NCBI GenBank assembly: GCA_027493375.1
Contig: JAPVWO010000250.1
Span: 1,743 to 65,742 of the forward strand
Length of the DNA stretch: 64,000 bases
From: Candidatus Multivorans thiocomprendens
Lineage (GTDB): Bacteria > Acidobacteriota > Thermoanaerobaculia > Multivoradales > Multivoraceae
Direction: 5' to 3'
Part shown: one piece after another, positions 1 to 11,985 of the stretch
How positions within the stretch are numbered: position 1 is the first letter of the stretch
How the letters are laid out: each line of letters starts with the position of its first letter
Position numbers and translations under genes: made by a program
Notes under the pieces: model-generated
What the model saw: the letters and a program-made list of their open reading frames with translations, nothing else
The model's database searches: none
What the model was told of the DNA's origin: nothing

Positions 1-2
1 AG

Positions 3-446
3 GTCGAAGGGCAGGCGATCCGGCTCCGCGTCGATCGCCTGCAGGCGCCCGGCCCCGACTACGACAAGCTCGAGTCTCTCGCAGACGGCGAAGTCCTGGG
101 ACCGATCTACGGCAAGCCGTTCAAGTTCTGGACCGACGCGAACCTGGCGTTCGAGGACGCGGAAGTAGCCGCCCACAACCACGGCCCGACCTATCCCGGC
201 GTCTACAGCCTCTGGCTCAAGCGGGAAGGAGACGGCTGGAAGCTCGTGTTCAACCACCTGGCCGACGTCTGGGGCACGATGCACATGGCCGAACACGATG
301 CCGGCGAGACGCCGCTGGCCTTCCGCACTCTCGCTGAACCCGCGGAGCACACGGAGGGTGTGCTCGAGATGGACGGCGCGGCCGGCATGCTGACGATCCG
401 CTGGGGCACGATGGAGTGGTCGGCGCCGTTCCAGATCACAAAGTAG
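3..446 (+). CDS. DUF2911-like protein, C-terminal fragment (5' end lies outside the window)
   Basis: Frame 3 is open from the window edge to the TAG at 444-446. The translation ...YPGVYSLWLKREGDGWKLVFNHLADVWGTMH... fits the G-x-Y-x-L-W / W-x-L-x-F-N / WG pattern I associate with DUF2911. GC3 is high. Confidence 0.55.
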   Translation, partial: VEGQAIRLRVDRLQAPGPDYDKLESLADGEVLGPIYGKPFKFWTDANLAFEDAEVAAHNHGPTYPGVYSLWLKREGDGWKLVFNHLADVWGTMHMAEHDAGETPLAFRTLAEPAEHTEGVLEMDGAAGMLTIRWGTMEWSAPFQITK

Positions 447-500
447 AGCGCTCCCGGCGCCCGACGGCGTCGCACTCACCCGCCCGCTGAGGAGCGGCCG

Positions 501-1946
501 TTGGACCGCCTCGCGTTCAGCGCATCCGGAACGGGGGCCGGCCTGGTCACCAACGGCGTCTCCTACTTCCTCCTGGTCTACTACAGCCAGGTGATCGGCC
601 TGGAACCGGCGCTGGCCGGCTCCGCCCTCCTCCTGGCGCTCGCCTTCGACGCCGTCTCCGATCCGCTGGTCGGCCGCTGGTCGGATCGTCTACGGAGTCG
701 GCTGGGACGACGCCATCCGTTCCTCTATGCCTCGGTCATTCCGGCCGCGCTCTGCTACTACTGCCTGTGGACACCTCCGGACCTCTCGCAGCCCGCGACC
801 TTCCTGTGGCTCGCGGGCTTCACTATCGGGCTGCGCCTGGCGATGACGATGCACACCGTCCCCTTCAACGCCCTGCTGCCGGAAATCGCGCCCGACTACG
901 ACGAGCGCACGGGACTCATGAACTACTCGTACGCCGCCGGCTGGCTCTTCGGCACGGCGATGGCCGTGGCCATGTACCTCTGGTGGCTGGCCGATTCGCC
1001 GGAGTACCCCGACGGCACCGGGATTCTGCGCCGGGTCGGCTACGAACAGGCGGGCCTCGTGACCGCGATCGGCGTGCTGGCCTGCCTGATCGCGGCAGCC
1101 CTGGCGACTCGCCGGCACATTCCGAAGCTGACAACTCCATCGCCCGGTGCCCTTTCCATTGCGAAGGCTCTCGGCGAGACGATAGCGACCCTCCGCGACC
1201 GGAGTCTGGTCGCGATCGTTGCCTCCACCGCATTCACGGCGGCCGCCAGCGGTACCGCGACCGCGATGTGGGCGTACATGCAGCCGTGGTTCTGGGGCTT
1301 CGCCAGCAATCAGACCAGCGCGATCCTGGCCGCCCAACTCGTTTCGCCGCTCATCGCGTTCGCGGTCCTGCCACCGCTGAGCCGTGGCCGCGACAAGAAG
1401 AGCGTGCTGATCCGGGTCTCCATTCTCTCGATGCTGGCCGGCAGCGGTCCGGTGATCCTCGCCCTCCTCGGTGCCTTTCCCCCGGTCGGCCACGCGGCGC
1501 TCTTTCCGCTGATGACGGTGATCGGTGTGTTCCAGATAACGCTGATCGTGATGGGCAGTGCGATCAGCGCCTCGATGGTGGCGGACGTCGTCGACGCCCG
1601 CGCGGTCTCGACCGGCAGGCGCGAGGAGGGCCTGGTGACTTCCGTCCTGTCCTTCACCGGCAAGGTAGCCACCGGCATGGGCGTGTGGATCGGCGGTCTG
1701 CTCCTGAGTGCCATCGACTTCCCCACCGAACCTGACACGTCAACGATCGACCAGGCGACGATCGACCGTCTGGGGTGGCTCTATGGCCCTGTCGTGGCGG
1801 CGCTCTATCTGACCGCGGTCTTCGCGCTCCGTTACTACCGCCTTAGCCGGCTTCGGCACGAGGAGAACCTGGCCGCCCTGGCCGCGAACGGAGGGGCGGG
1901 GCGCGGCCGCTATCGTCCCGGAACCTCACGAGGAGATTCGACATGA
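501..1946 (+). CDS. MFS transporter, glycoside-pentoside-hexuronide (GPH):cation symporter family
   Basis: TTG start at 501 is preceded by GAGGAG (489-494). The protein has many hydrophobic segments. The loop motif DAVSDPLVGRWSDRLRSRLGRRHPF is typical of MelB/GPH transporters. The stop overlaps the next start (ATGA). Confidence 0.8.
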   Translation: MDRLAFSASGTGAGLVTNGVSYFLLVYYSQVIGLEPALAGSALLLALAFDAVSDPLVGRWSDRLRSRLGRRHPFLYASVIPAALCYYCLWTPPDLSQPATFLWLAGFTIGLRLAMTMHTVPFNALLPEIAPDYDERTGLMNYSYAAGWLFGTAMAVAMYLWWLADSPEYPDGTGILRRVGYEQAGLVTAIGVLACLIAAALATRRHIPKLTTPSPGALSIAKALGETIATLRDRSLVAIVASTAFTAAASGTATAMWAYMQPWFWGFASNQTSAILAAQLVSPLIAFAVLPPLSRGRDKKSVLIRVSILSMLAGSGPVILALLGAFPPVGHAALFPLMTVIGVFQITLIVMGSAISASMVADVVDARAVSTGRREEGLVTSVLSFTGKVATGMGVWIGGLLLSAIDFPTEPDTSTIDQATIDRLGWLYGPVVAALYLTAVFALRYYRLSRLRHEENLAALAANGGAGRGRYRPGTSRGDST

Positions 1947-3121
1947 CCCAACCATTCGACCGGCCCCGTCAACTCCTGCCGCCCGAGGCGTACTTCGATT
2001 CCGGTTGGCTGGACCGGGAGGTCGACCGCCTGTTCGACCGCTCCTGGGTCTGGGCCGCCACCGAAGAGGACCTGAAGGAACCCGGCGACTTCCGGGCCTG
2101 CCGCGTGATGAACCACTCCCTGTTCGTGCTCCGGGACGGGGCCGGGGAGCTCCAGGCCTTCCACAACGTATGCCGCCACCGCGGCTGCGAGATCGTCGAA
2201 GGCAGCGGCAACCTGGGCAGCACGATCCGCTGCCCGTACCACCGCTGGACCTACGAGACGAACGGCGCCCTGCACGGCGTGCCCAACGAAGCGGAGTGTT
2301 TCGGCGCCGTCCCTCGCGAGAACCTCTCGCTCCATCGAGCCGCGGTCGGCGCCCATCGCGGCATGGTCTACGTGAATCCCGATCCGGAACCGCCCGAACC
2401 GTTCGACGAGTGGATCGCCGGACTCGACGACCACGCCTGGCCCCACGACCTGGCCGACGGCAGCCTGAGCTACGCGGGCGATGTCCGCTATGAGATGCAC
2501 TGCAACTGGAAGGTCTTCTACGAGAACGCGATCGACGGCTACCACCTCGGCTATCTCCACAACAAGACGCTGGGCAGCGTCTATCCCGACCGGAACGTCT
2601 GGCATCCCGTGGGCCGACACACCGTCTGGTACTCGACCGAGCGGGAAGGGGATCCGCAATCGTCCACCGTGCTGTCGGCCGAACTCGCCGACGGCGCGGG
2701 GGCGACCCGCCTGCCGGGCCACGAGGAGAGCTTCTATCCGGGCGTGGTCATGCTCTTTCCACTGACGATCCTGTCGCCGAGCCCCTGGGGCTTTCACGTC
2801 TCGGTGCTGGAACCGAAGACCCCGGACCTCACGACCATGTGGACGCAGAGCTGGACGACGTACGGATCGGCCTCACGCGCCGAAGCGGGCAAGGCGCCCA
2901 CGCTGATCAGCCTCGCGAATCAGGAGGGGCACCCGATGGAGTCCGGCAACTTCCAGCTCGAGGACATGTGGATCTGCGAGATGATCCAGCGCAACCTGCG
3001 GTCCCCGAAGTTCAAGGTCGGTCCCATGGCCGCCGGCTTCGGCGCGGAGTCGCCGATCATGCACTTTCAGCAGAGCGTGCTGGACTACCTGAACGGGGAT
3101 GCCGGCAAGGTGGGCGGCTGA
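1943..3121 (+). CDS. Rieske [2Fe-2S] non-heme-iron oxygenase, alpha subunit
   Basis: Rieske motif CRHRGCEI...CPYHRWTY is present. The mononuclear iron motif NAIDGYHLGYLH (D-x2-H-x4-H) is also present. No beta-subunit gene is adjacent. Confidence 0.9.
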   Translation: MTQPFDRPRQLLPPEAYFDSGWLDREVDRLFDRSWVWAATEEDLKEPGDFRACRVMNHSLFVLRDGAGELQAFHNVCRHRGCEIVEGSGNLGSTIRCPYHRWTYETNGALHGVPNEAECFGAVPRENLSLHRAAVGAHRGMVYVNPDPEPPEPFDEWIAGLDDHAWPHDLADGSLSYAGDVRYEMHCNWKVFYENAIDGYHLGYLHNKTLGSVYPDRNVWHPVGRHTVWYSTEREGDPQSSTVLSAELADGAGATRLPGHEESFYPGVVMLFPLTILSPSPWGFHVSVLEPKTPDLTTMWTQSWTTYGSASRAEAGKAPTLISLANQEGHPMESGNFQLEDMWICEMIQRNLRSPKFKVGPMAAGFGAESPIMHFQQSVLDYLNGDAGKVGG

Positions 3122-4251
3122 TGGACTTCGTCATCCTCGCCATCCCCTACATGAGACGCCTCGGCGAACGGGTCGGCCGCGCAGGATCGGACCCGAACCG
3201 GTTCCAGGCGCTGATGGCGAATCTCCGGACCCAGATGACATTCGCCGAGTCGGTCGGCTACACCGGCTTCTGCATGACCGAGCAGCACCTGCAGGTGGAA
3301 GGGATCGAGACGACGACGAATCCGCTGTTCTGGGACTACTTCGTCGCCCAGCACACCGAGCGGATGCGCGTCGGCCAGCTCGGCATGAACCTGACAGCGG
3401 TCAACCCGATTCAATTGGCCGAGAACCTGGCGATGCTCGACCACTTCACCGGCGGCCGCATGTTCGCCGGCTTCACCAGGGGCAACACGCCAAGGTGGAC
3501 CGGCACGTTCGGCCAGCACATCGGGATCACGGCGACACACTCCGACAAGTCGGAAGTGGACCGACGCAACCGCCGCGCGTTCGAGGAGAACTGGCGCCTC
3601 GTGAAGGCGCTCTGGACGCAGGAGGTGGTGAGCATCTCGGGCGAGTTCTGGCAGGCGCCGCCGGCGATGGACTGGACGTTCGCACCCACGAGCGAATGGT
3701 CGCCCGGGTCGATCACCAGTGAAGGCACGCTGAAGGAGATCGGGATCGTTCCCCGCCCGCTGCAGAACGACCCCCACCCGCCGGTCTACGCGCCGTTCAG
3801 CTACAGCATGGGGACCGCGAAGTTCTGGGCCCGCGAGGGCGGCAAGATGATGGGCATGTTCAACGAGTCGAAGGAGGAGTTCATCCCCCTGACCCTGGAC
3901 GTCTGCCTGGAGGAAGCGCTGCAACACGGCCGGATCATCGGACCCAACGACATGCTCGCCCTGGGCGGACACCTGATCATGGGACGAAACCCGGCCGAGA
4001 CGCAGAAGCTCTACGAAGGCTTCGAGTGGCTGTTCAACTTCGCCTACAACGCACCTCCCTACCACGTGCCGATGGGCCGGCTGTGGATGGGGTCGCGCCA
4101 GCAGGTGCTCGACCACGTGGGGCGGCTCAACGAGGCGTTCGGCATCGAAGAGTTCTTCCTCTGGCACCACGTCGGCTGGTTCGAGCAGGACGAGGAGATG
4201 GCGATGCTCCACGAGTTCGCGGAGGGCGTCATCGGCCCCCTTTCCTCGTGA
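3121..4251 (+). CDS. Luciferase-like (LLM class) flavin-dependent oxidoreductase, divergent
   Basis: ATG at 3121 overlaps the Rieske gene stop (TGATG). The translation MDFVILAIPY...AESVGYTGFCMTEQHL...GQLGMNL has the N-terminal TIM-barrel pattern of LLM enzymes. The longer ORF that starts at 2839 is just the same frame read through the Rieske gene. Confidence 0.55.
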   Translation: MDFVILAIPYMRRLGERVGRAGSDPNRFQALMANLRTQMTFAESVGYTGFCMTEQHLQVEGIETTTNPLFWDYFVAQHTERMRVGQLGMNLTAVNPIQLAENLAMLDHFTGGRMFAGFTRGNTPRWTGTFGQHIGITATHSDKSEVDRRNRRAFEENWRLVKALWTQEVVSISGEFWQAPPAMDWTFAPTSEWSPGSITSEGTLKEIGIVPRPLQNDPHPPVYAPFSYSMGTAKFWAREGGKMMGMFNESKEEFIPLTLDVCLEEALQHGRIIGPNDMLALGGHLIMGRNPAETQKLYEGFEWLFNFAYNAPPYHVPMGRLWMGSRQQVLDHVGRLNEAFGIEEFFLWHHVGWFEQDEEMAMLHEFAEGVIGPLSS

Positions 4252-4264
4252 ACCGCCGCGGCGC

Positions 4265-5467
4265 TCAGAGTTCGGCCGAGACCGGCGAACCGTCGCTCAG
4301 ACTGTCGCTCGGATAGACCACGACCTGCTCGCCGGGCTCAAGGCCGCCAAGAACCTGGGCTTCCCGCGCGTTCCGCTCGCCGACCTCGATCTCCCGAAGG
4401 GTCGCACGGCCTCCCGCGACCGCGAACACCGCCCAGTTCTCGTCGCGCCGGAACAACGCCCCGGTCGGCGCCTTCAGTTCGTCTCCGCTCTCCCAGACGA
4501 CGACCCGGGTTTCGACCCGGAAGCCGTCGCCCAGGCCGGCCCAGACCGCGGGCGGATCGACGATGTCGATGACCACGTTCACCCGCTGCTCTTCCACGCC
4601 GAGCGCCGAGATCTTCGTGAAGCCCGACGGTTCCACCCGGCGCAGCCGGCCCTGCAGCGGGCGATCGCCACCCCATCGATCGATCAGTACGCGCTGTCCC
4701 GAGCGCATGCGGACGGCGTCCTTCGACAGATAGTCCGTCACCACTTCGATCCGCGCCGGATCGCCGACCTCGAGCAGGGCTTCGCCAGCCGGAACGACGG
4801 ACTCGCTCTCGCGCACGCGACGAAGCACGACGCCCGAAACCGGCGACACGATCCGGATTGCCGTGCCGTTCATGTCCTCGGCGCTCTCGGCGCTGAACCG
4901 CAGCAGTCGGACCCGCGCCGCCTGCAACTCGCTGCGGGCCGTGCGCACCGCGTAGTCGGCTGCCTCGACGGCTTCCTGCCGGGTGTCGAGGTCGAGCTGG
5001 GCGCTCTCCATCGTCTCGACCGAGACGATTCCCTCCTGACTCAGCCGCAGGTAGCGTCCCGCCTCGGAGCGCGAGTAGGCGAGTTCGGCCGCCGCCCGCT
5101 CGTAGTGCGCCTCGGCCTGGCCGAGCGCGGCGGTCGCGGTCTGCACTACCGCCTCCGCCTCGGCCCGGCTACGGGCGTCGAGAAGCACCGGCGCGGACGG
5201 CAGGAAGATCGCGAGCACCGTCTCGCCAGTCACCACGACATCACCGGGCTCGAGTTCGATTCGCAGCACGCGGCCGGCGAGCGGCGCCGAGATCACGAAG
5301 CGATCCCGGACCCTGGTCTCGCCCTCTTCGTCGATCGTCACCTCCAGCGGTCCTCGCGTCACCTGCGCGAGCTCCGCCGGCACCGGCTGCGGGCGCGTGC
5401 CGAGAAACGCGGCGGCCGCGACCACGACCAAGCCCACGCCCCACAACACCCAGCGCCGCGTCATCAT
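4265..5467 (-). CDS. Efflux transporter periplasmic adaptor (HlyD/MacA-type membrane fusion protein)
   Basis: N-terminal TM segment (WVLWGVGLVVVAAAAFL). An A/E/R-rich coiled-coil hairpin follows (ARSRAEAEAVVQTATAALGQAEAHYERAAAELAY...). The C-terminus looks like a beta-barrel. It lies directly downstream of ABC permease and ATPase genes. Confidence 0.8.
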   Translation of the reverse strand: MMTRRWVLWGVGLVVVAAAAFLGTRPQPVPAELAQVTRGPLEVTIDEEGETRVRDRFVISAPLAGRVLRIELEPGDVVVTGETVLAIFLPSAPVLLDARSRAEAEAVVQTATAALGQAEAHYERAAAELAYSRSEAGRYLRLSQEGIVSVETMESAQLDLDTRQEAVEAADYAVRTARSELQAARVRLLRFSAESAEDMNGTAIRIVSPVSGVVLRRVRESESVVPAGEALLEVGDPARIEVVTDYLSKDAVRMRSGQRVLIDRWGGDRPLQGRLRRVEPSGFTKISALGVEEQRVNVVIDIVDPPAVWAGLGDGFRVETRVVVWESGDELKAPTGALFRRDENWAVFAVAGGRATLREIEVGERNAREAQVLGGLEPGEQVVVYPSDSLSDGSPVSAEL

Positions 5468-5480
5468 CGGTTCCTTCTTC

Positions 5481-7850
5481 CTACTCGCGGGTCTTGAGAA
5501 CCGCGACCAGATCGAGTTCGTGGAGCTTACGCCGAACGGTCCAGGCCGACACGGCCATCGACCCGAGAACGGTCGCCGCGGAAACCAGGAACGTGTTCGG
5601 GTCGACCACCACCGGCAACCGGAACAGCTCGCTCTCGAAAGCGCTCATCACGCCGGCGATCATGCCGTAGCCGAGGAGCAAACCGAGTGGAATCGAGGCC
5701 ACGGTGAGGATCCCGAGCTCGCCCAGCAGGATCGAGGAGATCTCGCCGCGGGTGAAGCCGATCACCCGCAGGCTGGCGAGTTCACGGCTGGTCTCGGACA
5801 GGGAGATCCGCGCCGTGTTGTAGATGACGCCGAAGGCGATGATCACCGCGAAGAGCAGGTTGACGCTCATCATCATCGACATGTTGTCGAGCATGTAGGT
5901 CTGGATGTTCTCGAGCGCTGCGCTGCGCAAGGTCACGCCGGCCACCGCCGGCATCGCCTTCAACAGGCCGAACAGCCGTTCCTCGGCCAGCGCGTCGATC
6001 TTGAGCATCGCGCCGCTGATCGTGTCGTCGCGCCGCACCAGCCGCCGGAGCGACTCCTGCTCCATGTACGCCGTCACGCCGAGCAGATCGTCGACGGTGT
6101 CGGTCAGCACGACCTCGCGCACCGGCCTGCCGTCTTCCATGATCTCGACCATCAGCGTGTCGCCCGGCTCGACCTGCAACTGCTCCGCCAGCAGCGTGGA
6201 CAGGACGAGACCCGGCCGGTCGAGCCGGATGGCGCGATAGTCCACATCGACCACGCGCTGCAACCTCGCATCGGCCGTCAGCGCCTGGATCGCCGTCTGC
6301 TTCTGCAGGTGGCCGTTGCGCAGCCGCGCGGCGATACCGTTCGTCGGCTCCACCTGCAGCACGCCGGAGAGGGCCGCGAGTTCGTGCACCGCGCTTCGTT
6401 CGACCGGCTCGAAGAAGCTCACCGACAGGTCCTGGCGCTGGATGATGTTGAACTGCACTTCGAGCAGTTCGTCCATCGAATCCATCATCGCCGAGCCCAC
6501 GACCATGATCGCGCCGGCGAAGGCGATGCCCACGATCGACAGGCCCGCCCGCACCGGGCGTCGCGACAGGTTGCGGAGCACCATCCTCGCGGGCTGCGAC
6601 AACCATCGCCGGGCGCCCAGCCGTTCGAACAGGGAGACCCGGAAGGTCTCGGGCGCCGCCGGGCGCATCGCTTCGGCGGGCGGCAGCGAGACGACGCTGC
6701 GCACCGCGCCCAGGGCGCCCACCGTCGCGGCGACGAGGCTCACTCCGACGGCGATCAGGATGCTCGACGCCGACACGCTGTAGATCAGGAGGGGGAAGCG
6801 GAAGTACTCCATGTAGAGGCCTAGCATCGCTTCGGCCAGCAACAGGCCGGCGCCGATCCCGAGCAGGGCGCCGAGGGCCACCACGACGACGGCCCACTGC
6901 ACGTAGTGGACGCCGAGCCGGACGTTCGAGTAGCCGAGAGCCTTGAGCGCCGCGATCTGTTCGCGCTGCACCGCGACCGTTCGCCGCAGGACCACGTTGA
7001 GCAGGAACGTGGCCACGGCGATGAAGATCAACGGCACCAGCAGTCCCATGTTCTCGAGCTGCGTCAACTCGTTCTGGAGGTACCAGTTCGAGGTCTGGTC
7101 CGCACGTGGAATCGCGCCCAGACCGCCGTAGGGATCGAGAATCGCGTCGAGTTCGACGATCACCGCGCGCTCGAGGCTGGGCGACCGGTCGGTCAGCGTC
7201 AGGGCCACGTCGTTGAACCCGCCCTCCATCTCGAACGCGGTGGCCAGGTGCCGCCGGGTCATCCACAGGAAGCCGAAGTGCTTCGGATCCGGAAACAGTT
7301 CTCCCGGACCGATGCCGTAGACGAACTCCGGGCTGAGCGCTATGCCGACGATCTCCAGGGGCTGGCGGCGACCGTTGATGACCGCGAACAGGCGATCGCC
7401 CAGGTCGAGCCCGTGAGCTTCGGCGAAGCGCTCGCCAACCAGGGCCTCCTCCGCCCGGTCCGGGTCCAGGAACCGCCCGCGGCGCAGCGCGACATCGTTG
7501 AGCGCCGGCCGGCCGCGGTCCGGCAGGGAGATCAGGCGTCCATTGATCGGATCGGTGACTCCGGGCACGTCCAGCGAGACGCTCACGACCACCCGGGTCT
7601 GGACCTGCCTGACTCCCGGGATCGCCGCGATGCGCTCCTCGATCCAGTTGGGGACGCGCTTGGCGCCGGCGAACACGTCGGCGAAGGAGTAGCGGGTGTA
7701 GTAGGCGTCGCGGGTCGTGAGCAGCGAGCCGAACACTCCCTGCGCCATGACCAGCAGCGCGATCCCCGACGAGACGACCAGGGCGATCGCCAGTACCTGG
7801 GACCGAACGTTCCAGAGGTCGCGCAGCAGTTTGCGGTCGAGGGCTCTCAT
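5481..7850 (-). CDS. ABC transporter permease with two FtsX-type domains (YbbP/MacB-like)
   Basis: 789 aa with two repeats, each a large periplasmic loop followed by a 3-4 TM bundle. Motifs such as [11 protein letters not shown] and [11 protein letters not shown] are typical of FtsX-family permeases. It sits next to its ATPase. Confidence 0.8.
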   Translation of the reverse strand: MRALDRKLLRDLWNVRSQVLAIALVVSSGIALLVMAQGVFGSLLTTRDAYYTRYSFADVFAGAKRVPNWIEERIAAIPGVRQVQTRVVVSVSLDVPGVTDPINGRLISLPDRGRPALNDVALRRGRFLDPDRAEEALVGERFAEAHGLDLGDRLFAVINGRRQPLEIVGIALSPEFVYGIGPGELFPDPKHFGFLWMTRRHLATAFEMEGGFNDVALTLTDRSPSLERAVIVELDAILDPYGGLGAIPRADQTSNWYLQNELTQLENMGLLVPLIFIAVATFLLNVVLRRTVAVQREQIAALKALGYSNVRLGVHYVQWAVVVVALGALLGIGAGLLLAEAMLGLYMEYFRFPLLIYSVSASSILIAVGVSLVAATVGALGAVRSVVSLPPAEAMRPAAPETFRVSLFERLGARRWLSQPARMVLRNLSRRPVRAGLSIVGIAFAGAIMVVGSAMMDSMDELLEVQFNIIQRQDLSVSFFEPVERSAVHELAALSGVLQVEPTNGIAARLRNGHLQKQTAIQALTADARLQRVVDVDYRAIRLDRPGLVLSTLLAEQLQVEPGDTLMVEIMEDGRPVREVVLTDTVDDLLGVTAYMEQESLRRLVRRDDTISGAMLKIDALAEERLFGLLKAMPAVAGVTLRSAALENIQTYMLDNMSMMMSVNLLFAVIIAFGVIYNTARISLSETSRELASLRVIGFTRGEISSILLGELGILTVASIPLGLLLGYGMIAGVMSAFESELFRLPVVVDPNTFLVSAATVLGSMAVSAWTVRRKLHELDLVAVLKTRE

Positions 7851-7854
7851 CGTC

Positions 7855-8591
<737 letters not shown>

Positions 8592-8592
<1 letters not shown>

Positions 8593-10748
8593 CAAGGCAG
8601 CTCGATGTCGGGGGGCGCCGCGGACAGCTCGACGATCATCTCCGTGAACTCGCCCGGCACCGTATCGACCCGGATCATCCCGCCGTGCTCGCGCACTACA
8701 TCGGCCGAGAGCGCCAGACCGAGGCCAGTTCCCTGGTCGGTCGGCTTGGTCGTGAAGAAGGGATTGAAGATCTTGTCGACGATGTCCTGCGGAATGCCGT
8801 TGCCGTTGTCCCGGATCCGGACCTCAACGCCGTCGTCCATCTTTCGCGTCGTCACCGTGAGCGTCGGTTCGTAGGACTCATCGTCCGTTGTGAGCCGCTT
8901 TTCGTTCGTGGCGTAGCAGGCGTTGCCGACCAGGTTGAGGAACACGCGGCCAACGTCCTGGGCCACGACCTCCAGGGTGCCCAGATCCGGATCGAAGTCC
9001 TTCTCGATGGTCAGGTTGAAGTCCGAGTCGGAAGCCCGGGCGCTGTGGTAGGCGAGCCCGATGTGCTCGTCGACCAGACGGTTGATGTCGGCTTCCTCGC
9101 GACCGGCCGCGCCCCGGCCCATCTTCAGCATGTCGGTGACGATCCGGTTGGCGCGCTCGCCGTGGTTCCGGATCAGCTTCAGGTTGCCGCTCAGGTCCTC
9201 GAAGATCTCCCCGATCTCCTCCCGCTGGTCCTCGTCCAGGCTGCCGTCCTCGTTCTCCTTCATGATCTCCTCGACCTCTTCGAGGAGTTCCGAGGAAACT
9301 TCCGAGAAGTTCTTGACGAAGTTGAGCGGGTTCTTGATCTCGTGGGCGACCCCGGCCGTCAGCTCGCCCAGCGCCGCGAGCTTCTCGCGCATGACGATCT
9401 GGTCCTGGGCCTTCTGCAGGTCGACCAGCACGACCTCCAGTTCCTCGTTCTTCTCCTTCAGTTCATCCGCCAGCTTCTCGACCAGGTTCAGCCGCTGCAC
9501 CTCCAGCGCGTGCCGGCGGAAAACCTCGAGGGCGGCCGCCATGTCGGCGACCTCGTCCTTGCCGCCAATCCCGATCTCGGCTTCCAGGTTGCCTCCGGCC
9601 ATCTCCCGCATGCTGCTCGAGAGCGCCTCGAACCGCCGCACCAGCAGCCGTCCGACGAACAACCAACCGATGAAGACCGCTCCGGCGATGCTCAGGACGT
9701 TGAGCCCCAGGAGCAGTGCGCGCCCGGTGCGGATCGCCTGGGACGCGGCCTTGGTCGCCGCATCGGTGCGGGTCCGGGAAGCGGCGACCAGACTCTCGAC
9801 GTCGCCACCGAGTTCGACCGCCAGATTCTGGTTCTCGTCCAGCAGCGCCTGCTGCCGGTCGAGCGCGTCGACTTCCTGTCGTCTCAGGTCGAAGGCGGTA
9901 CGACTCTTCGCCAGCATCTCACCGAAGAGCGCCTCCAACCGATCCGAGGTCGCGGTTTCGTCGATCGCGCTGAGGGCGCGCTCGATACTCGTCGCCGCCG
10001 ACTCGTACCGCTCCTCGACCGGCTCGATCAGCGGCCGGTCGGTCAGCACCGCCAGGCTGTTCAGGAGCTGGTCGATGATCGTGACGTCCTGCTGAAGGCC
10101 CACCAGCACCCGGTAGCGGTCGATCTCCGGTTCCGAGAAGTGGACCTCACGGGAGGCGGGCGGCTGCTCGAACGACCGAAAGCCGGTCATCGCGTAGAAG
10201 AGCTGATTGTCGAGAGCGGGCACCAGAAGCGCCTCGATCCGGGTGTGGAGCGACTCCAGTTCCGACCGCAGCGCCTCGCTCTCCGCGCTCAGTTCGAAGC
10301 CCTCGGAAACCGACTCCCGGATCGCCGCGATGTTCCCGATGAGCTCCTCGCCACGAGCCTGGATGCTCAGGATCTCCGAGTCGCCGTCGAGTGACTCCTC
10401 GGACTCCGTCCCCCGGCTCATCAGGTCCTCGAGCTGGGCCTCGAAGGCACGTTGCGCCGGCAACATCTCGAACTCAGCCCGAGTCAGTTCGTCCTGGTTC
10501 GTCGTTGCGGTCAGCCTGGGGCCCGCGGCCACCAGTGTTCCGCTGCCCTGGGCGACGCCGAACGCCGCCGCCAGCTCCGGCACCGTTCCCTGGGTGACCC
10601 GGTTCTGCGAATCGCCGACCTGAGCGAAGGCGAACAGCGCCACCAGACTGGCCGCGAGAGTCAGGGCAGCCGCGCCGCCGATGCCGACGTAGAGCTGGGT
10701 GGCGATCCTGTAACGGGCCTCGGCCAGTCGTCGGAACCACGAGATCAT
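8592..10748 (-). CDS. Sensor histidine kinase with a large extracytoplasmic helical domain and HAMP
   Basis: Two TM segments flank a region of about 300 aa. HAMP is followed by a coiled coil. H-box [11 protein letters not shown] is present. The ATPase boxes [10 protein letters not shown] and GTGLGLALS are present. The start overlaps the upstream SBP stop (ATGA). Confidence 0.85.
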
Positions 10749-11959
10749 CGGTTCACCGCGGCTTCAAGACGCGTCGCGGGCCGATACCGGCCCCGTTCGT
10801 CGATCACGGTCAGGAACACGGCGTCGGAACCCTGGTTGTCCCCGTCTCCGAACACGAGGCGGAAGCCGTCGAGGTCGATCGAACCGGCATCGCGCAGCGT
10901 CTGAATGAACCGGTCCCGATCGACCGCCGTCCCGCAGCGCTCGAGTGCCTCGATCACGAGCCGTCCGGCGAGGTAGCCCTCGAACGAGACGAAACCGGGC
11001 TCGGCGCCGGGAGTATGGGCGCGCAGCGCGCGACGGTAGGCGGTGGCGACTCTGGAGGTTTGCGCGCTCGGAAACGGCACGACCTGGGTGACGTAGACGC
11101 CGGCGCCGCGTGGGCCGAGTTCTTCCGCGAGGGCATTGCTGCCCACGAAGGACAGGGTCATGAACACCGGATCGAGGCCGATGTGCCGGGCCCAGGAAAT
11201 CAGGCTGGCCACCGGCTGGTAGGCGCCCACGATGATGACGGCCTCCGGACGCCCCACCTCGATGTCGACAATGGCCGTCTTGACGGCGGTCGTGTTGCGC
11301 GGATAGACGCCGATGGCGACCGCCTCCATGCCGCGTCTGTCGAACGCGGCACGAACGCCCGCAAGGCCGGCACGCCCGAAGGAGTCGTTCTGAATGACGA
11401 CCGCGATCCGCTCGATGCCGAGATCCCTGGTCAGTCGCTCCACCATTTCCTCCGTCTCCTGGGCGTAGGAGGCGCGGAGGTTGATCACGTGCGGTTCGCC
11501 GCGGAGAAAGCCCGCGCCGGTGAACGGAGCGATGTACGGGACACCCGCCTCTTCGGCAACCGGTACCGCGGAGCGGGAGGTCGGCGTGCCGACGCCGCCG
11601 ACCAGCGCAAACACGCCCTCGTCCTCGATCAGGCGGCGCGTGTTGCCGATCGCCGCCTCCGGCTCGTAGCCGTCGTCCACCGTAACCAGCTCCAGGCGCC
11701 GGCCGTGCACGCCGCCGCCATCGTTGGCCTCCTTGAACGCCGCCTGGATGCCGAGCCGCATTCCTCTGCCCAGTTCGGCCGCCGGACCGCTGAAGGCGGC
11801 GGACTGGCCGAACAGGATGCGCTCGGCCGAAACGCCCGGCGTTCCTTCCGCCTCGCCCGGCGAGCCAGGCGGCTGAGCCGGCGACAAGGCCGGAGCGAAC
11901 AACGCCGCCGCGACCCAGGCTGACGCGGTCAGAGCTGTTCGAGCAGCACGTGCGCGCAT
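10745..11959 (-). CDS. Periplasmic solute-binding protein, Leu/Ile/Val-binding (Peripla_BP_6) type
   Basis: Start trimmed to the ATG at 11959, which gives signal peptide MRARAARTALTASAWVAAALFAPALSPA. The body reads ILFGQSAAFSGPAAELGRGM...VTVDDGYEP...FALVGGVGTP, typical of LivK-like binding proteins. The upstream part of the 557-aa ORF is Arg/Gly-rich and overlaps the RsbW-like gene. Confidence 0.75.
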   Translation of the reverse strand: MRARAARTALTASAWVAAALFAPALSPAQPPGSPGEAEGTPGVSAERILFGQSAAFSGPAAELGRGMRLGIQAAFKEANDGGGVHGRRLELVTVDDGYEPEAAIGNTRRLIEDEGVFALVGGVGTPTSRSAVPVAEEAGVPYIAPFTGAGFLRGEPHVINLRASYAQETEEMVERLTRDLGIERIAVVIQNDSFGRAGLAGVRAAFDRRGMEAVAIGVYPRNTTAVKTAIVDIEVGRPEAVIIVGAYQPVASLISWARHIGLDPVFMTLSFVGSNALAEELGPRGAGVYVTQVVPFPSAQTSRVATAYRRALRAHTPGAEPGFVSFEGYLAGRLVIEALERCGTAVDRDRFIQTLRDAGSIDLDGFRLVFGDGDNQGSDAVFLTVIDERGRYRPATRLEAAVNR

Positions 11960-11985
11960 CGCCCTCGGCTTCCCCGTGCGGCGGT

